Source: Mytilus trossulus (Eukaryota). From it: a stretch of 64,000 bases of DNA. Position numbers and translations under genes: made by a program. The notes beneath the pieces are model-generated. The model was not told the origin of the DNA and did not search any database. It saw only the letters and a program-made list of their open reading frames with translations. Shown in pieces: positions 1 through 14,311 of this stretch (position 1 is the stretch's first letter; the number at the start of each line of letters is the position of its first letter). Location of the stretch: NCBI RefSeq assembly GCF_036588685.1, contig NC_086384.1, forward strand, positions 26,412,001 through 26,476,000, in the 5' to 3' direction.

Positions 1-454
1 GGAAAGTAAGGAATGTCCACATTCCGGAGTGCCAGAACAACCGGTGTTTATTTCAATGTCGTTTGTTTTTGTTGCACTTCGGTGATTCTATTGTTTCGCG
101 CTTTCCTCTTGTAGTTGATTTGTTTTCGTCGGTTTTAGTTTGTAACCCGTATATGTTTTTTCTCAATCGATTTATGACTTTCGAACAGCGGTATACTACT
201 GTTGCCTTTATTATACATAGTAGACATTAGACCGGGAGTGTGAGGTGGTCATCTTCTTCGCCCTCGCATCATCATTAACCTGTCCATTTACCTTCACGAT
301 CTTAGATGATTTGCCTACTTCTTGATGTTTATCAAGTGTCACTTTAAAGTCAATCACTAATTAATCTAGCTTTAACCATCGCAGTAAACGATAGTCCGAG
401 ATGACTCAGTAAACGACAGATACTCTTCGAGGTGCTAACAGGTGACTTTTCCAA

Positions 455-584
455 CAGGGGCGGATGCAGGAATTTTCGAAAGGGGGGGTGCACAACATAT
501 GTCCCGATACAAATGCATTGATCGGCAAAAATAAGGGGGGGTGCGCACCCCCGGAACCCCCCCCCCCCTCTGGATCCGCCACTG
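455..584. mobile_element. Small hAT-type MITE
   Basis: TIR CAG(G/T)GGCGGAT(G/C)CAG; TSD TCCAA. Confidence 0.8.
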
Positions 585-2199
585 TCCAATAACTCTCGTC
601 TTTGTTACATAGTGAAATGGGCCAAACGTCAATTGAAAGAAAAGAAGTATAGTGAATCATCAATATGTAAAAACAGGAGATATTTCAATTAATCGAAGTC
701 TTCCAATATAAAGCCTGAAAAGGACATTGGACGTAAGCATAAGACCAGACTCAGACTTGGACCGCATCGAATTGGATCATTGAAATCATGCAACCGTTAG
801 TATACAAGTTCAACCCTTAATGTAGACGAAAACGCCTTAAATTGTTGGAGAAAAGATCTATATGATCAAAGCCAGCATATCCGCTACCTGAATTATTTCT
901 ATCTGCAATAAAGTGATTCATGTAAGCAAGAGTAGATATAACTTTATTTGGTTCAGAAAGGATTTGTAGCCCTTTTTATAACTCATTAACTAATAAACTC
1001 ATTATAGATACCAGGATAAAATGAATCGTTGTTTGAGTAAAGACCAGTGGCGAATATTTCTGTGTACGCCAAGCCGATTCGGGAAGACCTTATCAAAGGA
1101 ATTAGGCAGCAACTATTTACTTCATTTCATAGGGAGGGGAAATGGGAGCGGGGGGGGGGGGGGGGTAGGGGGCGTGGGCTATTTGTTTTTTTCATGACAA
1201 ATTTTGGTGACAAGTCGAAATCAATTTTAGCATTATATATAGAGTGAAACAAAACAAAATTCAGGGCCAAAAACTGGAAACATTTTTGGTTTCCAAAACA
1301 AAATCCATAGCTCACCACCCCCACCCCTTGCCTTTATGTTTTATACTCAACTAAAATAGTCCCCCCCCCCATCGAAAAATCAATTGGTTGCTGCCTTATG
1401 GGTTCGGCAATGATGCTGCTTTGAGTCTTGATAAAGAACGTTAATTTTTTTAACAAAGAAAAATCTGTAAAATTTAGACAATAATTTCTGTAAAGAACTA
1501 TATACTAATAATTATCAAAAATATCAATTTTACTCAAAAATAGTTTCCTCCTTAAATATATACACCTTAAAACTAATGTCCTAAATGCCTAGTTTTGTGT
1601 ACACTTAACCTACACAAGGCCTACATTGACTATCGACTGTGTGTAGATAAAACATGATTTAAACTACATGTAAACATTGAGTTTTATCAATGGGAACGCA
1701 ATTGTGTTTAGTTTACGTGTGAGTTACACTAACACAACACCGAATTTAGGTCAATGTGAACACGGCCTTATTTCAACAAAAATGAGTCCAGTTTAACAAA
1801 ATTGTGTAGCATACTACATATTTAAAATTTTGTCATACAAAATTATCTTTCAGTGGACAAAACTTGCTTTTGTCACTGAACACAGACTTTGTTAGGCTAC
1901 CTTATTTGAAAATTGGGCGGCAAAAGTCATTTTTGTATGCAAATTAGTTAAGTTTGGATTCTGTTAACTAATTTGCATAAAAAACTGATATTTCGTCTCA
2001 AAATTCAATTTTGTGTTTATTTTTGTGTAGACAAAATCAAGTTTGGTTAAAACGTCAAATATGTTTGCACAAAAATAAACACAAAATTGAATTTTGTCAT
2101 TCTTTTGTAGACGAAATTCATTTTTGTCATGACAAAATTGACTTTTGTGTCTACTTTTTTATGACAAAATTGACTTTTGTGACTAAAAATTGTCATTTT

Positions 2200-2324
2200 G
2201 ACAAAATTCAATTTTGTAAACAAAATTCATTTTTGTAACACAAAATTCATTTTTGTAACACAAAATTCAGTTTTGTAACACAAAATTCAGTTTTGTAACA
2301 CAAAATTCAGTTTTGTAACACAAA
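2200..2324. repeat. 20-bp tandem repeat, degenerate back to about 1830
   Basis: CAAAATTCA(T/G)TTTTGTAACA, five or more copies. Confidence 0.9.
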
Positions 2325-3911
2325 GTCTGATAATTGTTCATACAAACAGAATTATTCAATTAGATGAATAACTGCCTACCTGTGTACTTTCAGAAGGGAA
2401 CAGGGAAGATGCTATAAGAGCGAATCGTCCAGATAAGAATGTATGAAGATGGGATGTATGTACGCTTGTGTGATTTGAATAAAACCTTCATAGTTTAGGT
2501 CGAAGGAGTCGTTGAAAGGCCAAAATGCCTAGCTCAGAAGAATAAGACCACGCCTTCCCAAACTAGTTTCGGGATATTTCGGAAAGTTGGGGATCTAGGA
2601 ATACGTTTTATTCAGGTCCAGAGTAGTTCACATTCCTAATTCAGAAAGCATAAATTAAACTGAGAATGTGAGGTGGTAGCCTTACACGCCATTACACTAT
2701 TAGTAATCTGGACATCGATCATCACGGCTCCTACTTTTTCTTGAAGTTTTTTCGAGGAAGGCTGTAAAGACAATTTCTATAATAACCTGTCAATAGCCAA
2801 CGCATAGACAAGACTCTTAAGAGGTTCAAAGAGAGAAGACTTTTCTAATAACTCTTATTTTTGTGGCATAGTGAAATTGGCCAAAGTATTAGAACATGTA
2901 CCAAGTGCTCAGAAATAATGAAAAATATTTGGCTTCAATGACAAACAATAGAAAGGTCCAGGCATTCTAAAACGGAGGGGGAGGGGTCCCAACCCAGAGT
3001 AAAAGGGGTTCCAACAACTATATGCTCCCATTAATATGCATTGATCGTCAAAAAAGGGGGGTCCATGACCCGGGCCCCCCTCCCTGGACCCGCCAATGAA
3101 GGTTCACCCCGCCATTGACAGATGATCCAAGTACTGAAGCGAATGGAAATAGTATGACTATACCGGATGGATTACGCAGATTTTCGTTTGTTTCACATGC
3201 ACTCTCATGGTACAACTTATGATACGAGAAATATCTATTCGTTGTAGAAGTAAATAACAACCATAAGAGAAATCAATATACGCAAATACAATAAAAATAT
3301 TTCCGCTACTTCAGATGTTGAGCAAAATGTAGAAAATAAAAAAGGCACCACAGGCTACGTAAAGTTTTATTTTTGGCAAAAAGTAAAATCACAAGTTAAA
3401 GATTCTGAACTCCGGGAACAATTCAAAAACGGAAAGTCCCTAATCAAATGTCAAAATTAAAAGCTCAAAAGAATCAAACGAATGAACAACAACTGTCTTA
3501 CGTGTAGAAAATGGTGAATTCAACCTAGTTTTATAGATAGCTAAACCTCTCACTTTTACGACAGTCACCGTATGAGTGTATGGCAAAATATTCTTTCTTT
3601 CCGTTGAAATGATCTAGTCAGATATTTCCAACCTATTATCTTATGAAATCAAGTAAAAAACACTTTATAAATACATTTATTGCGTTCGACGCGTTTTTCT
3701 ATCTTGAATGCTCATACTTAAGAGTGATTTCAAGCCACGGACTATTGAGCTCTATACAACATATGTACTTGATTGTATTTATGTTAAGTCATGTGTTTAA
3801 TTTTGGCGAAACATTTTTCATGATAAATGTGCATCATAAATAAAGTTATAATGACATATTTAATTGTGTATTACTTGATGAATGCATTCAGTGTAGGGCG
3901 AAAATCTTATA

Positions 3912-4075
3912 CAGTGAAAACTGTTAAAACCGAACCTCTTCGGGACTTACGATGATTTTGATCGGTTTTTGCCAACATTCAATTTTATCAGGTTCATAAC
4001 GCATACAATTTGATATAAAGATTATATATACAGGTTGTCGGATTATGCAGGGTTCGGTTTAGCCAGATTTCACTG
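3912..4075. mobile_element. Tc1/mariner-type MITE
   Basis: TA|CAGTGAAA...TTTCACTG|TA with CCGAACC/GGTTCGG inner arms. Confidence 0.7.
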
Positions 4076-5339
4076 TAGTAGATTTATCTGAAATTGTGTT
4101 TCGTGTGAAAGTCGAGTGACATTTTCAGCTTCAGAAAAGGATATTTACAAGATGTAAGCTTCTTATTTCTGACAGGCGTTAGATATGATTACATCTGATA
4201 TACATGGAAACAGATCACTTCTCTTGGTAAAGTGTTCTAAAAAATGCAATTCCGTATTTGATAAAACTAGAAAAGTGTCATTACTGGAATCACGTCTTTT
4301 TTTCTGTCACCAAATTAATGCCTTATCACTGCTTTTGTATTTGGCAATTTGACTCGCTGCATATGGTTTGCCAAAATCTAAATGCTTTGCTGATAAGTGA
4401 TAACACTTGCATATGGGTTGGTGTCATTTTTTAAGAATTGAATGCTTCTTTTTGTGACTTTATTGGGCGTTGTGAGAGTTTGTTGCTGGCGACGTATTGT
4501 CTTTTTATTTATTTTTTCAATTTTCGTTTGCTAAACTGATTTTTTTTTTAATTGTTTCATGGTCTCGTTTCATCTCAAGTTGGTGTGTTTGTGATTTGGT
4601 ATGTGCCATGGGTCCCAGACCCGCACAGGCACTCGTCTCAGAAAAAAATCCTATATACCTTTATATATCACAAGGTACCTAACTCGCGATTATGAAAAAT
4701 GTCAGGCGATGACGAAATTCCGTTATATGCCGATTTCTCGGCTGTCAACTCCACTAAAACTTGTTATGTCGTAAATCTAAATTGATTTATCTTCACAATG
4801 GTGTATAACACGCCTACTTATGTTGTAGGAACATCCGTAGCAATCCTTCCCAAGTATGTCGATCGTAATTATTTGAATTGGCAATCTTGTCTTCTGGTCG
4901 GGGTGTTTTCTTTTCTGACTGGCCGTAGCCTATCCGTGGATGTATCTACTGACCGTTGTTAGATGAAATATGGCCAGTAATTTCATTTTTAATTTGATAT
5001 GTGAGTCATCTTGTTTGATGTTCCCCGATTTTCTTGTTGATATATACCGGTTATTTTCTTATTACGTTTTATAGATATACTACACATTCTGCAAATACAT
5101 TATCATGGTCTGCATTCCCGACAGGGGCATAGTCTCAACTTGACTATGCTTGGTGAACATTAGATCAAGTGTTCTACCTCGACCCCTTTAGCAATTTTTT
5201 TTACAATCTGCTCAAGTACACGCTAATATTTAATTATGGTATTTAGAAGTTGTTCGTGATTTGCTAGGGAGAGTGCACGGGGACTTACTATACTTAAGTA
5301 TAGTGTAGAAAGTCCTTGATTGAATATCCCAGTCTGCAT

Positions 5340-5700
5340 GGTTAAGATTAAAGTCACTATAACAAGAATGGTTGTAGAAGTTGAACTCGCATATTGATTT
5401 GTGTGATCTAATGAAATGTAAGTTGTTCATGATCGCTTAATGTCTGGTTGTTAGGGATGGTGCATGAAATGTCCCAATCTTTGAGGTTAAGATTAAAGTC
5501 ACTAACAAGAATGATTGTAGAACTCGCATTTTGATCGCATTTTGAATTGTGTGATCTAATGAAATGTAAAGTTGTTCGAATCATGATCGCTTAATGTCTG
5601 GTTGTTAGGGATGGTGCAGGAAATATCCCAATCTTTGAGGTTAAGATTAAAGTCACTATCAAGAATGATTGTAGAACTCGCATTTTGGTTAGCGTGATCT
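5340..5700. repeat. Tandem repeat of about 150 bp, about 2.5 copies
   Basis: GGTTAAGATTAAAGTCACTA at about 5340, 5485 and 5639. Confidence 0.85.
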
Positions 5701-5714
5701 ATTAATGAGATGTA

Positions 5715-6860
5715 ATCATAAGTCCCAGGACAAATTTTCCTAGGAAAATAAGTCCATAGGTAGTAAAATATGTCTGGAACTTATTTTCCAAGTAAATTTG
5801 TCCTAAGACGTTATACTAGTAATTTTTTTTATCATATTATAACAATTATTGAAAATAAAAACAGATCATATTTTTAGTTAAGATTTGAAAGTTTCATTTT
5901 TTCCCCTTTTAAAATAAAGGAAAGTGGCGTTATAACCTAGGAATGTTAATGCCATGGACATGATGTCCTAGGAATATAAGTCTGGGGAAATAGATTTTAA
6001 TAAATATTAATACGTGTACACAACTCTATAACCGAATATTGAAACAGATCTTTTAAAATAAAGGTCAGAGACGATTTTACCTAGGAAAATTATTGACATG
6101 GATACGATTTTCCTAGGAAAATTAGTCTGGGGACATCAATTGTACTGATATATTATAACACAACTCTCAAACTGAATATTGAAACAACATTTATATTTAT
6201 CTTTTAAAATAAAGGTCTGATATTTTACTAAGCAATATTATTGACATTGACATGATTTCCTATGAAATTAGTCTGGGGACATGCATTTCATTAAATTTTT
6301 AATGCCCGAGCTCTTGATCCGAACAATATTTAAAAACATAAAAATTGCATTTTCATGTCAATAATTAATTTGTTCCAGGACATGGACGAATTTACCTAGG
6401 AATATTAATGACATGGACAAAATTTCCTGTGAAAATTAGTCTGGGAAAATAAACTTTATTAAAAGAATTAATACACAACTCTTTAAAACAATATCAAAAT
6501 ATAACATTTTTATTTACCTTTAAAAACAAAAGGACATGGACGATTTTACCTAGGAATATTAATGACATGGACATGATTTCCTTGGAAAATTAGTCTGGGG
6601 TTATTTATTTGATTAAAAATATAAATACAAAACTCATATGTGATCATATTTAAGTTTCCATTGTTTAAACGTATTTATGATTTGATTCATTAATACTTTC
6701 CCTATAAAGAGGACGGCATTGACCTTTTTAACCTAGGAATATTAATGACATGGACTAGAATTCCTACTGTAACAGAGAAAATTATAGTCTGAGGACATAA
6801 ATTACAAACATCGGACCAAAAATACTAGTAAATTTTGTAACCATGGACTTTTTCTACTAG
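5715..6860. repeat. Degenerate satellite-like array continuing after 10995
   Basis: Recurring ACCTAGGAATATTAATGACATGGAC...AATTAGTCTGGG units. Confidence 0.7.
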
Positions 6861-6866
6861 TTATAT

Positions 6867-9800
6867 CACAGTGTAGATACTATTCTGTACGCTATCCGGA
6901 AGTCGGGATTTTCGAAGCGAGGATTTCAAACTGCCTAACAGAACGGTTTTGTTTTGGTGCTTTTTCTCATCATTTGTTTACTCCTATATCTATAAAGTGC
7001 TTTGCACATCTTAAATGTATGTATAGCATCATAGATATGAGTAACTGTAACAAAAACATGCAGTAGAATATAAAATATACGTGTGCATCACACCAACTTC
7101 ATAGCAAAAAGTGAAATCGATTGACAATTTTGCTCTCGTAGTACAAAGCAAATAATCTTTTATTGTAAATATTTGCATCAGTTTACAGTTAAATATATGC
7201 TGATTCAATATTCCTACCGTATTTAGGTAGAATGTTCGTATTTCTAATAAAAAATACTAGAACACACCCGCGAAATCGCGGGCATTCAGAGCGTAGTTTA
7301 AAGTATGTAAAGTGTTGATGGAAGAATTTTGTAAAATATTGAATGCCTGGAGAATTTCAGCAAAAGTATCATAAGTCATAGGTTATTGGGGACAGGAAAA
7401 TGTTTTTTTTTTATCCCTCCTCCTTTATTTCCAATATTCCCATTTTTTGGTTTTCTATCAATTTCAATATGAACATACATTTAGTATGTTATGAACATTC
7501 AAGTAATGAGCCTGTAATTCAGTGGTTGTTGTTTGTTTATGTGTTACATATTTGTTGTTCGTTCATTTTTTTGTACATAATTAAGGCCGCTAGTTTTCTG
7601 GTTTGAATTGTTTTACATTGTCAGTTCGGGGCCGTTGAAAGCTGAGTATGCGGTATGGGCTTTGCTCGTTGTTGAAGGTCGTACGGTAACCTATAGTTGT
7701 TAATTTCGTGTCATATTGGTCTCTTGTGGAGAGTTGTCTCAACATGGCAATCATACCACATCATGGCTTCTTTTTTTTTGTAATCAATGAATTTTGTAAA
7801 AAGATTTAATGACTGGAGAATTTCAGAAAAGGTATAAAAAGTTCACATGAATATTTTTGGCGCTTATCTGTATATTATGAACATTCATTACTATATAAAT
7901 ATAGTGTATTTACTTTCAATTCGAAGTTTACTAATCGATCCATAGTGGTCATTGATATAGTATACAGACCCTCTCTATTTAATAAACTCTGTGACTGCCG
8001 TGGATAGTAAACTTGAAAATTTTGTAAAAGATTTAATGACTGGAGAATTTCAGAAAAGGTATCAAAAGTTCACATGAATATTTTTAGCGCTTATCTGTAT
8101 TATGAACATTCATTACTATATAAATATAGAGTATTTACTTTCAATTCGAAGTTTACTAATCGATCCATAGTGGTCATTGATATAGTATACAGACCCTCTC
8201 TATTTAATAAACTCTGTGACTGCCGTGGATAGTAAACTTGAAAATGATAGCAGATAGAATTCTGAAAATACACTTTATTCTTTGTATATGTATGTTCAAA
8301 GTATACAGAAAAACGCAAACCGGAAGTCTAATCTGACTTAAAATTTCGTCCAATGACGGGACAATATCCGGATGCCTTTTTTCTCGTTTTTCTCCAAAAA
8401 TAACTCAATCTGAATAATCATATGAATGGATGGCACTATGCACTGTACCTATAGGACACAGAGGCGTGTTGATTAATTTATTGTGGAAAGAAGAGAAGCG
8501 ACACCCAAAATGAGGTCTTCTCGTTTAATAGTATAGATGCTTTCCTTGAGGATCCCAAAATAAATTACTGTACGATCAGTCCAAAAATGACTGTATTCTA
8601 GAAGCGATTTCAGATTTTTTGTCTGTATGACCAGTCGTTATTTTGAAGAAAAAAAACAACAACAAATGGAAGTTTTTAACGACCTTGACTGAAAAACAAC
8701 GGCAATTTGATGGTCACGTGTCTATGTGATATTATGATTGTGTCCATGGAACTATAACGTGTAATTTCTTTCATCGGACAATATAAATATATTTCTGATG
8801 ATTTTTGTAGACGGCAAAATAATTATATTTTTGTTCCGTCAGTGTTACTTAAAATCAAATGCCTAAAAGGCAATACATGATTCGCTTGTGGACTTTGTAT
8901 TAGTGTGTCGTTGCAGTTATCTGTTTAACTATTACATGTGTAAACACTATTTACACCGTCTGCCGTTGACAAATTGGTGATAACATACATCAAGCCTGTC
9001 TCTTTTAAAATGACAAAAAAATAGATAGAGAAAGCTTTGTTTAAAAACTTTAGGTATTGAGGAAAGAATTAACGAAATTATACCCCACCACTTCTATAGT
9101 CTATGTTTTGGAAAAAAATAAACCACCAGAAAACTAAATTATAGGTGCACAGGGGCATCATTTAATAACGATTATGAAGAGTTTTATTAATATATGGTAA
9201 GTTTTTGAAAGTTGCGTATAGTAAACGGGTACCACTCAATATTAAAGGTAGTGAAAAAGTCCTTATCGTGGGAATAGAAAACCGATGAATTTTCGAAAAT
9301 TCAAAATAAGAGGTGCCTAGTTGAATTAAATGATAAGGAATCTGAGAAAAAGATTCATATAAGTGTCTGAAGGAAGTTGTGGATATAAAATAGGTATGCC
9401 CAATATAAGTTTATGACAAAGTCCGTATTTTAAATATAGAAACATCAAAAATATTTTACCAAAAATTCTAAATAGAAGGTCCATAATACATTAATTGATA
9501 AAAAATGGAGCAGTTTTAGAAAAGTGTCACGGTTGGAAATACCTGATGGGTGCCCCCATATAATGCAATGTTCAAGTCCGTATCTTATATAAAGAAACCC
9601 CATAAAAGATTTTTTAATAAAATTCGAAAGACATTCCATTTTTAATATATAAATAAGGCCGTTAATTTTCTCGTTTAAATTGTTTTACATTGTCATTTCG
9701 GGGCCTTTTATAGCTGACTTTGTGGTATTGGCTTTGCTCATTGTTGAAGGCCATACGGTGATCTATATTTGTTAATGTCTGTGTCATTTTGATCTCTTGT

Positions 9801-10989
9801 AGACGGTTGTCTCATTGGCAATCTTATACCGAATCTTCTTTTTTTTATATTATCATTTATGATAAGGAATCCGAGAAAAAATAATGTTATAGTTATACCA
9901 GTGACGGATTCAAGAAAAATGGGATCCGGCTGTTTGAAACTCTTTTTTTTTAAATTTTCAATGCATTTGTATGGGAACATATATTTGGAATCCTCTTTTC
10001 TCCTGGATTGGACCCCCTCTCCATTTAAAAATGTCTGGAAACCCCAATGTATATTAAGTGGTTTATGAGGAGATGCCCTTACAAAACCGGCGAAACATGT
10101 TGTACCGGTCCAACGGACGAACTGAAAGACGGACTTCATTATCACTATAAACCACCGCTTTACCAAGTGGTGTACAATTGAGTGTGAAAGAGACAGATCT
10201 ACATCCAAAACAAAGTGAAGGAACTGTGATCAAATATAGGCTACAGTACGGCCTCGAATGTTTGTAAATACATGCATTTTTATAAAACAATTACATCTGT
10301 GTGTTCTGAAACTTAAATAAACAAACAAACCTTCCTTTTATTTCAGCAACATTCAAACATCCTTATACTTAATGTAGTAAGTCGAGTACACCCTATCAAG
10401 CTAAAACATCATGGTTTGATAAGTTTTCAGGATGTGAATTTATTAAAATATATCTGTGTTAGATAGAAAAATGCAATCTTCTAATGTATCGTAAATAACT
10501 TTGAAATCACTACTAGAATACAGTGAAATAAAGACTGATCATACAGTTTCAAAATATACCAGCGAGACTGATCGTACAGTGTAGAAATTCAAACAAGTGT
10601 AATTTTCTTATTTCTGGCTTCAAAGATCTGGCTGAAGCTTTTACCACCACTTAAAATATACTTTATTTCGTAAATTAAGTCTGGTTTTTACGGTAATTTG
10701 TACAATAAGGGTGCAAAACGATTGTTTTCAGGTTCACTGACTGATTTACCGTAGTGATGCACTTGAAAATCTCTTGATTAAGGCAAAGATACGAATAATG
10801 AATGTGCTAAATTTAATTATAAACCATTTGTGAATATCGATGTCAGCTGAATTAATCATTAAGCAATGTACAGATGAACATCTTACCGTTTAATATAGTA
10901 TATCCAACAAATTTAAAATGTGATTCAAAAAGTTCTCGCTTCGAAAATCGCGACTTCCGGATAGCGTACAGAATAGTATCTACACTGTG
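6867..10989. mobile_element. Non-autonomous Transib/RAG-like element
   Basis: About 55-bp TIRs starting CACAGTGTAGATACTATTCTGTACGCTATCCGGAAGTC; 5-bp TSD TATAT. Confidence 0.85.
7257..8537 (-). mobile_element. Non-autonomous Helitron nested in the 6867-10989 element
   Basis: On the minus strand A|TC...hairpin CCCGCGATTTCGCGGG...CTAG|T; internal duplication of about 230 bp (about 7790-8245). Confidence 0.75.
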
Positions 10990-11428
10990 TATATGTGTCC
11001 GCCCAGATATATTTTACCAGGACAATATTATCTCTTACAATCGTATCATTCATTTTTATTCATCACGATAGGCTTAACAAGTTGACAAATTCAGAATATA
11101 ATTTTTAATTATATAAATCTGTGAATTCATTTCTCCGACATTGTAATACATTTATATGTTTTTATTTATTTACTTATTTATTTTAAATTCAAATACACTA
11201 TTTTCAGTCCTTATAGTCTAGTACTATGTGATGTATTTGCAAAGAATTGTTTGTTAACAATTTTTAATATTTAAACTTCCAGGATAAAATTTCATCGCAA
11301 TGGAAAATATCTCACAATGAAATATGTTCCTATGGAAAAAATCTTGCAATTTCGTCTGTAACATTTTTTTGGTCCGATAATTATACTGTCCCAGGGTACC
11401 GGATCATATATTACACTCTCGATTAAAC

Positions 11429-11609
11429 CACAGGAGTTTGAAATCCTATCAATAAGGGGGTCAATAAGGGGGTCAAAATATACCAAAGTCGCCCTATCAC
11501 AGTAGAGCTTCTCTCGAAGAGAGAAGCGTCTCTTCGAGAGAAGCTCTACTGTGATAGTCGACTTTGGTATATTTTGACCCCCTTATTGATAGGATTTCAA
11601 ACTCCTGTG
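11429..11609. mobile_element. Fold-back MITE (P-like termini)
   Basis: Near-perfect palindrome CACAGGAGTTTG...CAAACTCCTGTG; 7-bp TSD ATTAAAC. Confidence 0.8.
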
Positions 11610-11666
11610 ATTAAACTCGTTGCTTGCTGTTCAAAGTTGAAGTAAACATTGGAATAATTATTGTAA

Positions 11667-12663
11667 GGGGACGACCATTTGATATTCTGGGGGGGGGGGG
11701 GCCAGGAGGATTTGTTTTTGATCGGTTATTTATTTTTGTAAACTGAGAGGACAGATTATTCATTTTCTTCACTATTGAAGCAAGATTTTTCATTTTCATT
11801 AAAGCAAGGGACTGATTATTCATTTTCACAACTATATTTATGATATTCGAAAACATACAATTTTAAAAATATTTGTTAATTATGAATAATACATGTACAG
11901 TCAAGTTATTGTGTATCATTTAATCAAAATTAATCACTATCCCCTGCAAAAATTTTAAGATTCAAGATTTTATAACCTCAGACACAAACTTGTGTACAAA
12001 AGGACAATATGTACAAAGATAAGACATATAACGAGACAGGACAAACGAAATACAAATACATAATATATTATAAAAGACAATTGGTATACTTAGATTAAGT
12101 ATATTATATTTTTCTTTCGAAAAGAATCATTTATATAGCCAAGGAATTGTATATTTAAATATATAATTTCCTTGATATACCCAACCAATATACATGTATT
12201 GCATACATACAATGTACATAGTATTTAAGTTTGGTTCTACGTAGCCTTTTTCAAAGTATTGTCAAACATATTTCGCCGAGCGAAGCGAGGCAAAAATTTT
12301 TTTGAAGTGTTTTGGAACCGCTGAAGGCCCAAGAAGCTAAAGACCTGCTGAGTTATTTATTTTCCATACATTCCAAGTCAGGTAATTTATTTTCAAACTA
12401 CCAAAGCAGTGGCGGATGCAGGAATTTTCGAAAGGGGGGGTGCTAGCCCAGGGCAAAGGGGGGGTGCAGGGGGGGGGTGCAAAATTATCCCGATTCAAAT
12501 GCATTGATCGGCCAAAATAAAGGGGGGGTGCGGACCCCCGGAACCCCCCCTCTGGATCCGCCACTGCCAAAGAACAAACCATTTATTTTTGCAATTATCA
12601 AGGCGGAGTTATTTATTTTCAAAATCCTCCTGGCCCCCCCCAGAATATCAAATGGTCGTCCCC
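11667..12663. mobile_element. Harbinger/Tourist-like MITE
   Basis: TIR GGGGACGACCATTTGATATTCTGGGGGGG; TAA TSD. Confidence 0.85.
12407..12566. mobile_element. Same MITE family, nested in a Tourist-like MITE
   Basis: CAGTGGCGGAT...ATCCGCCACTG; TSD CCAAAG. Confidence 0.85.
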
Positions 12664-12879
12664 TAAATTCAAAGACTTGCACCATCGGCCCGTGGGCGTA
12701 TTCTTTGTTATGTGATAATGTTGTGCAAGGTTTCATTATTTTAAACGTCAACAATGTAGAAAGTCAGAGAACCAACAATCTCGGTGGTTTTAATTTTATT
12801 AAAGATCATTAACTTTCGGTCTTACTATCGAAGACCGCTTGCATCAATGAACTTTAGTCAAGGGAGGCAACTGTGTGAA

Positions 12880-12945
12880 CTAACGTGGAACGCATGCGTA
12901 GCAAGGCCTTTTAATATTTCACCGGAACACAGGCAACACGTGAGT
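12880..12945 (+). promoter_or_regulatory. Candidate promoter and non-coding first exon of canonical eIF5A
   Basis: CpG-richer patch, palindrome ACGCATGCGT near 12890, pyrimidine run CCTTTT at 12907, strong donor AC|GTGAGT at 12940. The first coding exon is preceded by an acceptor (tttcag, 20233), so an upstream exon is expected. Confidence 0.45.
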
Positions 12946-14311
12946 TCGGATGTTTCAGCAAAATAATATAATTCAACCCTTAAAAAAGTGTATAAAAACA
13001 AACACACATAAATATTCGACAAGCTCAAAAAACAAATATCTTGAAAAAATGTTGAAAAGTGTAAATGGTACGGTCGAAGTCATTAAATGTGACATGCGGC
13101 TGTCGGACCGAGTTTGTCCTCCATCTTTGTTTTGTGGAAACATCGAAACAACACATTAGAAGTATCCAGTTGTGCAATACTTGTGTATTGAACAATCCCT
13201 TCACTTTTTGTGGTATTTGAATGTGTAAATTTTCTGTTAAACTTACTTTAAAGAACGTGCTCGGTGTCAAGTAGTTCGTCATTGTAAAAGAAGTTCAAGT
13301 ACTCAAAACGTTCCCCCCTTTTTTCTCTATTATAAATTAATTGTTACTACCTTAGGAAATGACTCAATCCCGACTATTAGTATTAATGAGTTGGTTGTCA
13401 ACTTTAGTGTACCAATATTTGGTTATTATACATTGTAGTTTTGTTTAACAAGCATGATGCTGATAAGTTGAGATGGACTTTCACATAAATTTTGGCATGG
13501 CACGACTCCAAATAATAATTTATATGGTCTGGCAAGGCTCTATTAATGTTATGAGGGACGCCTTTCTAAGGCATAACACTGAAGCCATTTTTTACGTCCG
13601 ATGTTTAAGAGCACCTTTTTGTGCTTATTGGTGTTAAAAATTTCCAGAAATATCCATAAGAAGTGATTAAATAAGATTCTTTTCCATTTGAGGTGGGCAA
13701 ATATTTATTTAGTTTTAAATGATTTCCCATAAATAGAAAAGAAACGTCGTTTCTGGTGAATTTTATAACTGGTAAAATTTGACAGACTTGAATTTCTGGA
13801 TTATGTAAATGGAACATCCTAGAAATTTGGGTCCATTAAACTTTATCGATTTAAGATATTACCAGACCTGACTATAGGCAGGGTTAGACACTAACATTAT
13901 ATGCTATGTAGTCCACAGGACCACCAAGAAAAAATATTTGGTAGTCCTGGTAGGCCATTACTATCACCGGTGAGGGCCGCAACGCGGCCCGAAATTTCTA
14001 GGGGGGTTTGGGGGCATGCCCCCCCAAGAAAATTTTTCAAAATTAGATGCAATTTCCTGCCATCTGAGCACCTCAAAAGCACACAAATGTTCATTTGAAT
14101 TTTGAAAATATTTTGGTTTTTTTTTAGATAAAAGCTAATATTTAGTGCAATTTATTGTATTCTTCCTGAACTTCCTCTGGGTCCCTGAAGAAATTTTGAA
14201 AAAAATGAGATGCCTGCAATTGGAGACGATTTGTAAGGCTTTGTTTGATGGGGTTATTAAACCTTTTATTCCAGAATTATTTAGAAAAAAGAATAACAAT
14301 CAGTTAATATT

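Noticed and set aside
350-1324. Gly/Pro-rich short ORFs (also 12337-12812)
   Set aside because: They are translations of G/C homopolymer runs in MITEs and low-complexity sequence.
2394-2460. Isolated exon-like segment (also donor-like sites at about 55611 and 61254)
   Set aside because: Splice-like signals only; no recognisable protein or linked exons.
9738-10290. 156-aa and neighbouring ORFs as a transposase or RAG remnant inside the CACAGTG element
   Set aside because: No recognisable motifs, and part of the ORF runs through the common interspersed repeat.
5708-11420. Large TIR element enclosing the satellite array (GAGATGTAAT...ATTACACTCTC)
   Set aside because: The terminal match is short and imperfect and no TSD is discernible.
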